This document shows positions 1-9,352 of a stretch of DNA of 25,524 nucleotides, piece by piece; position 1 is the stretch's first letter; every line of letters begins with the position of its first letter. The DNA is from a virus. Taxonomy: Duplodnaviria > Caudoviricetes. Position numbers and translations under genes: made by a program. The stretch lies in the IMG/VR virus record IMGVR_UViG_3300005805_000437, positions 1-25,524 of that record, one strand, 5' to 3'. The notes under the pieces were generated by a model. The model did not search any database and had not been told where the DNA came from. It saw only the letters and a program-made list of their open reading frames with translations.

Positions 1-330
1 CTTTGGATCTACGTTAGGCGTAGCCTGGTTTGCTTGAGTTTCCACACCGAATACATCGGCATAGTCTTCAAGCCATTTTGATACAGACTCTTCAGTTGGG
101 TCTATATCCTGTGGGATAAATGCAGCAATTTTGCCGTTTACCCCGCGACTAGCGAGGGCGTCTTTGATTGCTCTGTCTCTATTTTGTTTTGCAATAGAAT
201 CAAACTGAGCCTTTAGTTCAGCCAGTTCTTTTTCTTTTTGCTTGTTTGCTTTACGCAACTGTTTGACGAGATCGTTACCATCATTTGATGGTGTATCAAA
301 GTCGTCTTCTTCGTAGTCGTAGTTGGACAT
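1..330 (-). CDS. Probable capsid scaffolding protein, truncated by window edge
   Basis: Not in ORF track. Translated by hand from ATG at 330: MSNYDYEEDDFDTPSNDGNDLVKQLRKANKQKEKELAELKAQF...; open to the edge. AAGGGAG SD upstream; acidic N-terminus plus coiled coil. Function is inferred. Confidence 0.65.
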   Translation of the reverse strand, partial: MSNYDYEEDDFDTPSNDGNDLVKQLRKANKQKEKELAELKAQFDSIAKQNRDRAIKDALASRGVNGKIAAFIPQDIDPTEESVSKWLEDYADVFGVETQANQATPNVDPK

Positions 331-359
331 AGGTCCATCTCCCTTATTTAGTAGTTGTC

Positions 360-443
360 GCAGGCCTCATACAGTTTGGGGGACGCTGTATGGCTCCTAC
401 TGCCGGTCTTGATATCTCTCTAACGGGCCGGTAGTTCCGTTAG
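360..443 (-). promoter_or_regulatory. Structured intergenic leader upstream of the scaffold gene
   Basis: Two perfect 7-bp stems: 420-426/437-443 and 368-374/386-392. Confidence 0.5.
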
Positions 444-448
444 CAGGT

Positions 449-1654
449 CTAGAATGCGCCAGCTCTGTCGCGGGCTAATGCGCCACCAGTTGTTCCAGCC
501 TGACCAGAGAATGATGCTTGCTCTAGTTGGCTCAACTTACGACGCTTGGTTGCTGCTTCTGCAGCACCTGGTACATTGAATACTTCTTGTTCTGCTGTTG
601 CTTGTGTATATGCTCCAAGTCCTTGTTCTGAATAGATATCTCCAAGGAATGAAGCTCTAGGTAGAGTCTCAGCAACTGCTCTGTAACCTTGCTGTGCTTG
701 GTCTTTAGTTACTCCATAACGAGCCAAGTACTCAGCATCAGTTACGTTAGTTGCTAGTCCAAGTTGAACAGCAGTAGAACCAATTTCAGCAGCAGTAATT
801 CTGCGCTTTATTTGTGCAAGTCCTTGCTCTGGGTCTAAAGCATAAGCGAGTAAGTCGCCATTACTTATATCTGGGTAGAATGTCTTTAGTGCAATACCAA
901 CTTCTGGATTAGCATAAAGGATTCTATTTTGAGCAGTCGCAATACGATCTTCAAGTTCTGCTGCAGATACATCTCCAGCAATGAACTTCTCAAAACCTTT
1001 TTGTATAGGTATTCCAGTTGTTGGGTCGATGCTTTGTGCATAGTAAGAAGCAGGTAAACCATATCTACGCATTACATTTTGATACTGGTCTTCAAGACCT
1101 ATGTATGTAGCCTCATCCAAAGCTGTAAGTCCTCTAGCTATTCTTTGAGTATTGGCAGCAAACCTATTCTTGTATGCGGGAGATTCGCGTAATCTAATAG
1201 TAAACTCAGAAGCTGGGACACCTTTTAGGATTAGTTCCTTTAGTGGTGTAACTAAGGCACTTAGGCCATATTTGCTAAACTCTTCATATAGCAAGTCATA
1301 GGCAGATTGGCGTTCTGCTTGCTTTTCCTGTTCAACAGTTCCTTTTTGAATAACCGCTGTAGTGCCGTCATCATACACAGCAATAACATTGCCAGTTTTA
1401 GGATCGGTGTAGGTATTTACAATAGTCTTTTGGGTAGTTCCCTTTTGAATAATCTCCGTAGTGCCATCGTCATATACCGCAATAGTATTTCCTTTTGCGT
1501 CTTTATATGTAGTTACAACTTTTTTCTCAGGCTTGACAGGAGTCCTAGGCATATTCAATTCTGCCAAAGTTTTTTCCATAGGCTTACCAGTGGCTTGCTC
1601 AATAGCGCTTGCCATTCTGCGGAATTCAAACTGCGTATAACTATCAATAGCCAT
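449..1654 (-). CDS. Putative internal virion protein with N-terminal tandem repeat
   Basis: 401 aa ORF in the virion operon, Ala/Gln-rich helical C-terminus; function from context only. Confidence 0.55.
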   Translation of the reverse strand: MAIDSYTQFEFRRMASAIEQATGKPMEKTLAELNMPRTPVKPEKKVVTTYKDAKGNTIAVYDDGTTEIIQKGTTQKTIVNTYTDPKTGNVIAVYDDGTTAVIQKGTVEQEKQAERQSAYDLLYEEFSKYGLSALVTPLKELILKGVPASEFTIRLRESPAYKNRFAANTQRIARGLTALDEATYIGLEDQYQNVMRRYGLPASYYAQSIDPTTGIPIQKGFEKFIAGDVSAAELEDRIATAQNRILYANPEVGIALKTFYPDISNGDLLAYALDPEQGLAQIKRRITAAEIGSTAVQLGLATNVTDAEYLARYGVTKDQAQQGYRAVAETLPRASFLGDIYSEQGLGAYTQATAEQEVFNVPGAAEAATKRRKLSQLEQASFSGQAGTTGGALARDRAGAF

Positions 1655-1656
1655 TT

Positions 1657-3264
1657 TTACCCCTGGAATCCAAAGTCACGAAGGACTCTTAGTACGGAAT
1701 CGGAAACTTCTGTACGAGCATTGTTTGTGTATTGCCAACGAGAGTCTTGACGTAAGGCTCTCTCAAAGTCATACAGGTTCATATCACCCTCTTTGCTAAT
1801 ACCCATACGAAGTGTTGGGTCTGTTAGCGAAATGGTATTTGGGTCTAGTTCTAGAACTGTAGCCATACGCTGTTTATAGGGTGAATAGATATTCTCAAGG
1901 TCGTAACCTTGACCAAGTAAATCTTTTACATAATCAGGTTGACCAATGGCAGCAAGTTTACGAACATCTTGTGCTATACGGTTGATATCTAGTTTACCTA
2001 AAGCCAACTGCTCAAGAGTACCTTCTGCGGTCATTGTTTGACCCATAGCATCTCTTGGTAAAATGTCTTGTATCTTGAATCCGTTTGCTTTAGCAATAGC
2101 CTGCAACTGTTGATAGTCTTGAAGAGCTTGCCCACCATAACCAATGGTTGCTCTTCCGCCAATCATTCCAGCAGTTGGGCGAATATACTGAACAAGTCTT
2201 TCAGTTAGAACTGCAGGGTCATTATCAAGATTGAAGATATAAAGGTCTTTAGCAAGTAACTTGGCTTGGTCATCAGGAATCTCTACGCCATTTAGTTCTC
2301 TTGCTTTAGCCTGAATATTACGGGTAATACGAGCAAGTTGTTGCTCATAATCGGTAGTTCCAGCAGCACGACCAGCCTTTACTAAATCATCATAGTTGAA
2401 CTGTTGGACATAACGAGCTTTGATTTCAGCAGAGTTACTGCGATACCAAGGATCATTTTGAATCTCAAGCAAGAATTGCTTGTCAGTTAGTTTGTCATCA
2501 ACATATCTCTTGAGTAAGGCGCCAAGGCTTGGCACATTCTTGAAGATAATATCCGGCATATTGTACTTAGACATTGCAGTTGCGATTGCATCTGCATAGC
2601 GCTCTTCTGAGGTGCGCTTATCTTTAGTACCTTTAGTACCTTTACCGCCAGTACCACTACTAACTATTTTGCCACCAGTACCGCCGCCAGTAATTCCACC
2701 AGTTGTACTACCTGTAGTGGTTTCTAAAGCAGGCTTACCTTCTACGAATTCAGCAGGAGTTGTTCTTCTCTCGCGTGCAGCGGATCTTCCTCTTTCAGCC
2801 GCTGATTGAGCTTGCGAGATTGGGGCAGCCAAAGTTGAAACTGGTGTAACTCTCTTTGTAGAACCAGACTTTTGATAAGCATTGTTTAGTTTTACTACTT
2901 CAGCATTTACTCTATCAGCAAGTGTTTGCGCTTCTTCGCTTGTCTTGTCTATAACAAGATCATATTGGCCTTTGAGACGCTCATAGTTAGACTGAATTTC
3001 AACAGATTCTTTTCTGCCCTGCTCCTGGCTAACCTCTTTTTCAAGTTTTGCCACTGCTTTACGGGCATTTGCAACTTCGTTCTGAAGAGTCTCGTATTTT
3101 GCTCTTGCCTCACTACGGCGCTTTGAGTTTTCATCTGGATTCTCAGCAATTTTACGAGCAACCTCAGCATCGCTGATTTTGTTTTGTAAGTTTGACTTCT
3201 CGCGTCGAAGTTGTGAGCGGAGGCGCTGTTCTTTTTGTCTAAGTTCTTTTTCTGTATCTGCCAT
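1657..3264 (-). CDS. Putative internal virion protein (coiled coil, Gly/Thr linker, helical domain)
   Basis: 535 aa ORF, TAATG-coupled to the upstream gene; function from context only. Confidence 0.55.
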   Translation of the reverse strand: MADTEKELRQKEQRLRSQLRREKSNLQNKISDAEVARKIAENPDENSKRRSEARAKYETLQNEVANARKAVAKLEKEVSQEQGRKESVEIQSNYERLKGQYDLVIDKTSEEAQTLADRVNAEVVKLNNAYQKSGSTKRVTPVSTLAAPISQAQSAAERGRSAARERRTTPAEFVEGKPALETTTGSTTGGITGGGTGGKIVSSGTGGKGTKGTKDKRTSEERYADAIATAMSKYNMPDIIFKNVPSLGALLKRYVDDKLTDKQFLLEIQNDPWYRSNSAEIKARYVQQFNYDDLVKAGRAAGTTDYEQQLARITRNIQAKARELNGVEIPDDQAKLLAKDLYIFNLDNDPAVLTERLVQYIRPTAGMIGGRATIGYGGQALQDYQQLQAIAKANGFKIQDILPRDAMGQTMTAEGTLEQLALGKLDINRIAQDVRKLAAIGQPDYVKDLLGQGYDLENIYSPYKQRMATVLELDPNTISLTDPTLRMGISKEGDMNLYDFERALRQDSRWQYTNNARTEVSDSVLRVLRDFGFQG

Positions 3265-3851
3265 TAGCGCAGACCTCCAAGTGATCTCATCAACAAGTCA
3301 TAACCTTGTAGAGTCTTATTAGCTCGTGCTTCATCGCTATTAGATATTTCTTCAATAAAGAATTGAGTAGGAGTCATACCTCCGCCAGTAGTCTGGCGAA
3401 ATGAACCATCTCCACTATAAGATGTAGTAGTATCAAATTCCCCTGCTGCTTCTTTAGCAATATACTTTCTAGCAAGTTTTTCTTTTGCTGCAGTTGGCAA
3501 CTCTCTACCAAAGTACTCACGAGTGACTGCATCAACTTCATCAAATAATGCTTCAGGTGAGGATATAGTTCTAGAAGTAACAGTCTCTGCGCCACCTGCC
3601 CCACCTCTACCTTCTGAGGCAAGGTCATCAATAAAACTAAGTCTTTCGATTGGACCGGTAACTGCAACTAATTGGACGCGCTTCTTTTCTGCTTCAGTAA
3701 GGGCATCATATAAAGCATTATTGAACTTCTTAGATGTGTCACCTTTGTATAAACCAGCTCGTTTTAGTTGGTTTGCTATCTTCAGACGTGTCTCTTCAGG
3801 AGACTGTGCGATTGATTTCACAAAGTCTGTAAAGGTTACTTCTTCTGCCAC
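3264..3851 (-). CDS. Hypothetical virion-module protein
   Basis: 195 aa ORF abutting both neighbours on the coding strand. Confidence 0.6.
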   Translation of the reverse strand: MAEEVTFTDFVKSIAQSPEETRLKIANQLKRAGLYKGDTSKKFNNALYDALTEAEKKRVQLVAVTGPIERLSFIDDLASEGRGGAGGAETVTSRTISSPEALFDEVDAVTREYFGRELPTAAKEKLARKYIAKEAAGEFDTTTSYSGDGSFRQTTGGGMTPTQFFIEEISNSDEARANKTLQGYDLLMRSLGGLR

Positions 3852-3852
3852 T

Positions 3853-6800
3853 TTAGTCTCCTAGTAGTCTTCCGAACAGCAAGTTATACGCATTCATTGT
3901 GTTCTCGTTGAACTGAGATAGTTCTCTCAACCTAACGATAGTGCTTTCTTTTTCCCATTGAGCAAGAGTTGAACCACCGCTAACCAAACTTAGTTGGTCA
4001 GAAGTCTTCTTGTATTGATAGTAAAGATTAGTCATCTCACGTAACTTAGCTACAGTCTCTGGCGCTACCTTGTCAGCCGCACCGCTATCTAGCATAGACT
4101 TCAAATCATTGAGAGCATTGAGTCTTTCAACAGCCTTACGTCCACCTTGTGCAAGTTCTTCCTGAACTAATGGACGTCCAGCCTTGAATAGCGTTGCCCA
4201 TTGAGTCCATTCAGACCTTAGTTGTTGACGTTCAAAATCTGTACCGACTTTTTCTAAAGAAGCCTCGTATTGGTTCTTTTGGTCATAATAAGTCTGCATA
4301 TCAGCAGCAGTTTGTACTTCTCTTAGGAAGTCATCTACCTGCTTATTTTGACGAAGACCCATATCGGTCATTGTGCGGTAAGCATCCCAAGAATAACCAG
4401 CCTTATGTGGAATCAAGAAAGCCGCTGCTTGTTTATATTTTTTGAATAGGTCTTGGTTTTCTTCTACGAATTTACCAGACTCTTCGGCATATCTAAAGTA
4501 TGCAACGGTTGAGCGATCTGATTCAGATACCGTAAATGGCATTTGGTCTGGGAATAAACGAACCCACTCTGCATAAGCATCATCTGGATTTCCTATTTTA
4601 TCTTGAAGTCCATACCAGACTTGCTTGAATGATGCCTCACCATTGTCACGAACCCAGTCAGCCATATCGCTCTTGAGTTGAACTTGCGGTGATGCTGGTG
4701 CAACAAAACCATATACAACGCGAAGACCAAGAATACCAAGAGTAATATTCTTTACTCTGCGTCTATATTCTTCTAGTTCTCCAGCCTCAAAAGGAATGGG
4801 AACTTGATTACCTAATTCATCTGTTGCGTACTTTTGTTGTAAGCCATTACCTGATGCTTCAAGATAAGTAACTGCTTTACGCCAAGCGCTGGCATACTGA
4901 CCATCTCGGTCATTTTGGTTCATTGCTGCATAAACACGGTTTACGTGTGCTGGCAAGAAGGCAGAAACCATAGGTTGACCTTCAGCATACTTACCAAGAG
5001 TTACACGGGTAATGGTATCTGCGGCACCTGGTGCAAATATACCTACAAGATTTGACACTACTTTGATAGATACACCAGATAACGGACCAGCAAGTGTAGG
5101 AACTACAGAATCTGAGTTCAAAGATGGGGTAATCATCTTGAGTTTTGCACCAAACTCGACAGGAAGTGGCGCCTTGAACTCTGCTGGTACACCTAAAGCT
5201 GTCATTGCAGTCTGAACTGCACGATAAACATATTGAACTCCAGGGTAAATGAAGTAATCTTCACCCTGATCGTCCTTCTGAACCCAACCTGAGTGGGTTA
5301 CGCCTTCATAGGTAAGCGCTGCACGTGCTAATGATTCTGGGTTATAGCGTACTGCACGGTAAAAACGGCGATAAAAGTCTTCAGTTGCACGATAGAAACG
5401 AGCAAAGTTACGAATAGAGAATGCCATCTGACTTTGAACTGCTGGGTTGTCTACATATGCAAGTACTTGTAGACGCGCTCTATCTTCAGCAATCTCTGCT
5501 AATTTACGACGAGCAGCTAATTCAGCCTTTTCTATAGCCTTTGGTTCTGTAATGCCCTTTTTATATGAAGCAATGAAGGCATCTTCAAACTTTGTTTGAC
5601 GGAATTGCTTACGAATCTTTATCATCTCAGCAAGAACCATAGGCTCTCTAGAGAATCGAGCGTTAGCGTTTCCTAACCAATCCCAACCCCACTCCATAAT
5701 AGATGAGGCGTAGTTGTCTGAGTCAGATACTGGTATAAGTGATGGGCCAACAATGAATTCTGGCATATTGGCATCTACATTTGGTAGGTCGTCTAGGCTT
5801 AGATCTCCACTAATTCTAAATTCGCCAGTTGCCTCATCGATTGTTCTGACTTTATTTAGTAATTCGTTGTTTAGTTTGCCATCTCTCTTCACGAAAAGTT
5901 GTTTTGCTGCATCATAGATGCGTTGAGCGTGTTCTTGCTTAGAGATTCCGTTTTCTTCTAGACGGAAGGCAGCTACCAGATTAGCATTTTCTGGGTCATC
6001 TAACCATTGAAAAATCTTTGTAACTGCAGCGGCTTCGCCTGCTACGTCATCCGTTAGGTTTGCTACAGCAATAGCACCTAAACGGTCATTTGAATAGTAA
6101 CCAATGCGCATCAGCCAAGCAACGAGAGTTGATTCATCTGCTGTGGTGGGTACCATTTCCTTGAAACGACCACCACGGGCGCGACGGAAGTTAGATGGAA
6201 TAGTGTAACTCAACTCTGTTGAGCGAACTTTGTTCTTACGGGTAAAACTAATTGTGCGATTATATGAATCAATACCAGTGAAGGATTGCTTTCCACCTTC
6301 TACAACATCTGCAAGGGCATTATCTAAATCACCATAACGAATTTGCTCGGCAAGTAATTCTGAATCAGCCTTTGTAAGTTTAGATAGACCAGTCCTTTGA
6401 TTGAACCTGGCTAACTTACCTTCATTTAGAGCAGTGGCAAGAATTTCACGAATCTTAGTTATATCGCCTTCAGCGGCTTCAACCATTGCGCCGTATCGCT
6501 TTGCTTCTTTACGATTTACAAAACGCATTACTCCACCAAGTGGATTAGCAGCAACCTTCTCCATACCGGAGAGTCCTTTTTCAACTTGGCGTGCTGTACG
6601 CAGACGTGTAGATAAAGCACGTCCCTGCACTAAGCCCCAAGGAGATTCACCGATAGCAAGGTGAACCATCAAATCTTCTGCTGCGTTACGAACTGCATAA
6701 CGAGGACCAGCGAGTGTCAAGAAAGACCAAGCGGAGGTCATCTTTTCAACCCACTGAGATGAACCAACACCAAGCATTCTTTGAATTAGACCAGATCTAG

Positions 6801-8544
6801 CAGCAGCTCTGTCTAAATCACGAAGGCTTAGAGTTGAAATATAGTTTGAGTTATCTGAAAGAATAAGGGCTACAGATTCGCCATTAGGTAAAACAGATGG
6901 ATTATATCCATCAGCATTACGGGCTGCGTGTATAGGTTTTACTCTGCCTGATAATTCATCAACAATCGTCTTACCCTCTTTGGTCACATTCAAACCACGA
7001 ATCTCAGCGATTGTAGTCTGTAGACCACCAAAGATTTCTTTTCTCTTGCCTTGTCCTTGTGCCGCTTCAAAGGCTTCAGAGATTAGTTTGGATTCTCTTT
7101 GTGGTAAAACTAAACGCGCTAGTTGATAAACCTTTGTCTTAGCATCCTTTGACATAACATCAAACTGGTTATCTTCAAAGAATGGGATACGTTCAAATTT
7201 AGCCTTGAATCTATCTAGGCGCTTTTGAATCATAGCCGTTGAAAAACGAGCTACGCCTTTTGCTGACTCATTGCCAGTAACCTGTTCAACAATCTCTTTA
7301 CGACCATTGATTAGTTTTTCAGCAATACCATCAGTAGTTGCCGCTCCACCAAAGAACAAGTCATCTACAAACTTAGAACCCATACGGTCTAAATTGAATA
7401 CTTTATTAGCTGTAGTTACAGTAGTGATACGCGCTCTGCGTAGTGGGTCTAGCCTTGGAATCAAAACTCTTTTACGACCAATAGCGCCACTAAACATTTC
7501 ATCTACTTGTTTAGCATTAGCGAAGAAAGCCTTAGCGGTAAGAGCATTTTCAACAGGAACATCTGCCTTTAGAAACGAATTTACTACCGCAGGTCCAAAC
7601 TCAGGAGCCATAGCCTTTAGATTATTAGCTGCTGCAAGCATTTCGTTTGCATTGCCTGATGTTCTAGCGTCTTTTAGACGCTTTAGGTTGGCACCGTATT
7701 GATCCCAGAAATTTACAACTTGTGGATTGGCAAATACTTCATCAACTTTATTACCACCAACTACAACATCTACAGCGTACTTACTTACATCATAAAGACG
7801 TTTTGCTTTACCAGCAATAAGTGTTGGGTCTGTAAGGACTCTATAGGCAGCATCTGTAAAACCAGATATAGCGCGATATAAAAGACCAGAACCTTCAAGG
7901 CTACCTGGAAGTAATAAGTTTGCTAACTGACGACCTGGAGAATATTTGGCTGCTTGTACAGCATCTAGTGCATCTTGGAAGATACCAGCATCCATAGTGC
8001 CGTCTTGTAACTTTACGCCAACCTGTGCAGTTCTTGCTGCTTGCTTTTCTTCTTCAGAACCTGTAGCAATAATGTCTGATAACTTCTCGCCTTTTGCTAC
8101 ACGCATAGCAACGCTTACGGTTGCATTTCCAAATTTCTTTCGGGCATTATCAATTCGTACTTGATTGAATACTAAATCACCTTTATCATTTGCTTCATCC
8201 CAGGCAAAGCCAATCTCTCCACGAGATAATGGGATAGCAGCAGCGCGATAAGCGCGAGTAGTCAAGTCTGACAATTCTGTCATTACATTGATAGCGCCAC
8301 CAATAGTGTAATGCCAAGCAGTACCTAGCCAACCACGGTTTGGCGCTGGCTCAGTTCCGGCAAAATTAGTTAGAGCCTTTTGCTGTTCTGGCGTTTTACT
8401 ATTGAATGCTTGCTTTGCTGTATTCGCTGGAAGATTTGATAATTCTCTATGAGTCGCAATCGTCTTGCTTAGATCATTTATACGCTTACGCTCTTCGGGG
8501 GTCAAACCAGCAGCGGCTGCAGCCGCAGTAAGTTTGTCAGCCAC
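3853..8544 (-). CDS. Large putative internal virion/ejection protein
   Basis: 1563 aa, Ala-rich and helical-looking, size and context like podovirus core proteins; no catalytic motif recognised. Confidence 0.6.
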   Translation of the reverse strand: MADKLTAAAAAAGLTPEERKRINDLSKTIATHRELSNLPANTAKQAFNSKTPEQQKALTNFAGTEPAPNRGWLGTAWHYTIGGAINVMTELSDLTTRAYRAAAIPLSRGEIGFAWDEANDKGDLVFNQVRIDNARKKFGNATVSVAMRVAKGEKLSDIIATGSEEEKQAARTAQVGVKLQDGTMDAGIFQDALDAVQAAKYSPGRQLANLLLPGSLEGSGLLYRAISGFTDAAYRVLTDPTLIAGKAKRLYDVSKYAVDVVVGGNKVDEVFANPQVVNFWDQYGANLKRLKDARTSGNANEMLAAANNLKAMAPEFGPAVVNSFLKADVPVENALTAKAFFANAKQVDEMFSGAIGRKRVLIPRLDPLRRARITTVTTANKVFNLDRMGSKFVDDLFFGGAATTDGIAEKLINGRKEIVEQVTGNESAKGVARFSTAMIQKRLDRFKAKFERIPFFEDNQFDVMSKDAKTKVYQLARLVLPQRESKLISEAFEAAQGQGKRKEIFGGLQTTIAEIRGLNVTKEGKTIVDELSGRVKPIHAARNADGYNPSVLPNGESVALILSDNSNYISTLSLRDLDRAAARSGLIQRMLGVGSSQWVEKMTSAWSFLTLAGPRYAVRNAAEDLMVHLAIGESPWGLVQGRALSTRLRTARQVEKGLSGMEKVAANPLGGVMRFVNRKEAKRYGAMVEAAEGDITKIREILATALNEGKLARFNQRTGLSKLTKADSELLAEQIRYGDLDNALADVVEGGKQSFTGIDSYNRTISFTRKNKVRSTELSYTIPSNFRRARGGRFKEMVPTTADESTLVAWLMRIGYYSNDRLGAIAVANLTDDVAGEAAAVTKIFQWLDDPENANLVAAFRLEENGISKQEHAQRIYDAAKQLFVKRDGKLNNELLNKVRTIDEATGEFRISGDLSLDDLPNVDANMPEFIVGPSLIPVSDSDNYASSIMEWGWDWLGNANARFSREPMVLAEMIKIRKQFRQTKFEDAFIASYKKGITEPKAIEKAELAARRKLAEIAEDRARLQVLAYVDNPAVQSQMAFSIRNFARFYRATEDFYRRFYRAVRYNPESLARAALTYEGVTHSGWVQKDDQGEDYFIYPGVQYVYRAVQTAMTALGVPAEFKAPLPVEFGAKLKMITPSLNSDSVVPTLAGPLSGVSIKVVSNLVGIFAPGAADTITRVTLGKYAEGQPMVSAFLPAHVNRVYAAMNQNDRDGQYASAWRKAVTYLEASGNGLQQKYATDELGNQVPIPFEAGELEEYRRRVKNITLGILGLRVVYGFVAPASPQVQLKSDMADWVRDNGEASFKQVWYGLQDKIGNPDDAYAEWVRLFPDQMPFTVSESDRSTVAYFRYAEESGKFVEENQDLFKKYKQAAAFLIPHKAGYSWDAYRTMTDMGLRQNKQVDDFLREVQTAADMQTYYDQKNQYEASLEKVGTDFERQQLRSEWTQWATLFKAGRPLVQEELAQGGRKAVERLNALNDLKSMLDSGAADKVAPETVAKLREMTNLYYQYKKTSDQLSLVSGGSTLAQWEKESTIVRLRELSQFNENTMNAYNLLFGRLLGD

Positions 8545-8960
8545 TAATCACCTCGTGCTAAGGCTTGCTGGTAAAGAATTGTAATCTCTCCAGTTGTGTC
8601 AAAAGGAATCATCTTTGCTAGTGCATCTGAAGTTTTTTGATTCTGAGGCAAGTTATTTATGCCAAGAACTTCAGGACCTGCTCCTGGACCACGAGCTATA
8701 CCGGTTGTTATCGGTTCATCTTTTCGCTCAGTTGGTGCATATAAAGGAGTTATTGGTGCTTGTGATGCGGCGGCTCTAACTTCAGAAGCTGGCATACCTC
8801 TAACACTTGCTGTTTTAGCAAGTTTAGCGCCTTGCTTTATTGCTTGAGTTTCTTTACCTTCACCGTATGAAGTTGAACCCATACGTAATTGGTCGTCTCT
8901 AACCGTAAATGGTCCTGGACCTGGGTAACCAGCTAGTGGATTCATAGGCGTTCTAGCCAT
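8544..8960 (-). CDS. Hypothetical Pro/Gly-rich virion-module protein
   Basis: 138 aa ORF, GGAGG SD, overlaps both neighbours. Confidence 0.7.
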   Translation of the reverse strand: MARTPMNPLAGYPGPGPFTVRDDQLRMGSTSYGEGKETQAIKQGAKLAKTASVRGMPASEVRAAASQAPITPLYAPTERKDEPITTGIARGPGAGPEVLGINNLPQNQKTSDALAKMIPFDTTGEITILYQQALARGD

Positions 8961-9171
8961 TACCGTCCTCCATTGTCTCTAAATCTTCTGTAAATTGTTC
9001 CCAAGCCTCATTGACTTGGTTTTCTCTGATTGCGTTATATGTTGCTATTTCTAAAATCTCATCTGTTAGCGTATGAACTGCTGAAACTATATTATGAAAA
9101 AATCCTGCTAGTACTAAAAGAAAATCAGCGAGTCGGATAGGGCGTGGAACATAATCTTGTTTTCTTTTCAC
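8953..9171 (-). CDS. Hypothetical protein
   Basis: 72 aa ORF, GTG start with GAGAGGA SD, fills the operon gap. Confidence 0.65.
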   Translation of the reverse strand: MKRKQDYVPRPIRLADFLLVLAGFFHNIVSAVHTLTDEILEIATYNAIRENQVNEAWEQFTEDLETMEDGNG

Positions 9172-9198
9172 ACCCTATCCTCTCGATAAGTTTATTAC

Positions 9199-9330
9199 TT
9201 AGGCCTTCTTGCCCTTACGTCCGGCAGGGGCATATCCGAATTTCACTTCTCCGCCTTTTGGCTTTGATGTGTCCTTCTTACCTTCTGTTGGCTTCTGCAT
9301 TGGAGCAGCAGCACGTCCACCTTTTTTCAT
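9199..9330 (-). CDS. Small basic Lys/Gly-rich protein (43 aa)
   Basis: Not in ORF track. MKKGGRAAAPMQKPTEGKKDTSKPKGGEVKFGYAPAGRKGKKA, preceded by a strong AAGGAGGT SD. Confidence 0.8.
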   Translation of the reverse strand: MKKGGRAAAPMQKPTEGKKDTSKPKGGEVKFGYAPAGRKGKKA

Positions 9331-9352
9331 TTAGCACCTCCTTCGGCTATGC

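Noticed and set aside
2623-2720. Short nucleotide repeats (tttagtacc, ccagta)
   Set aside because: Explained by the Gly/Thr/Lys linker of the 535 aa protein.
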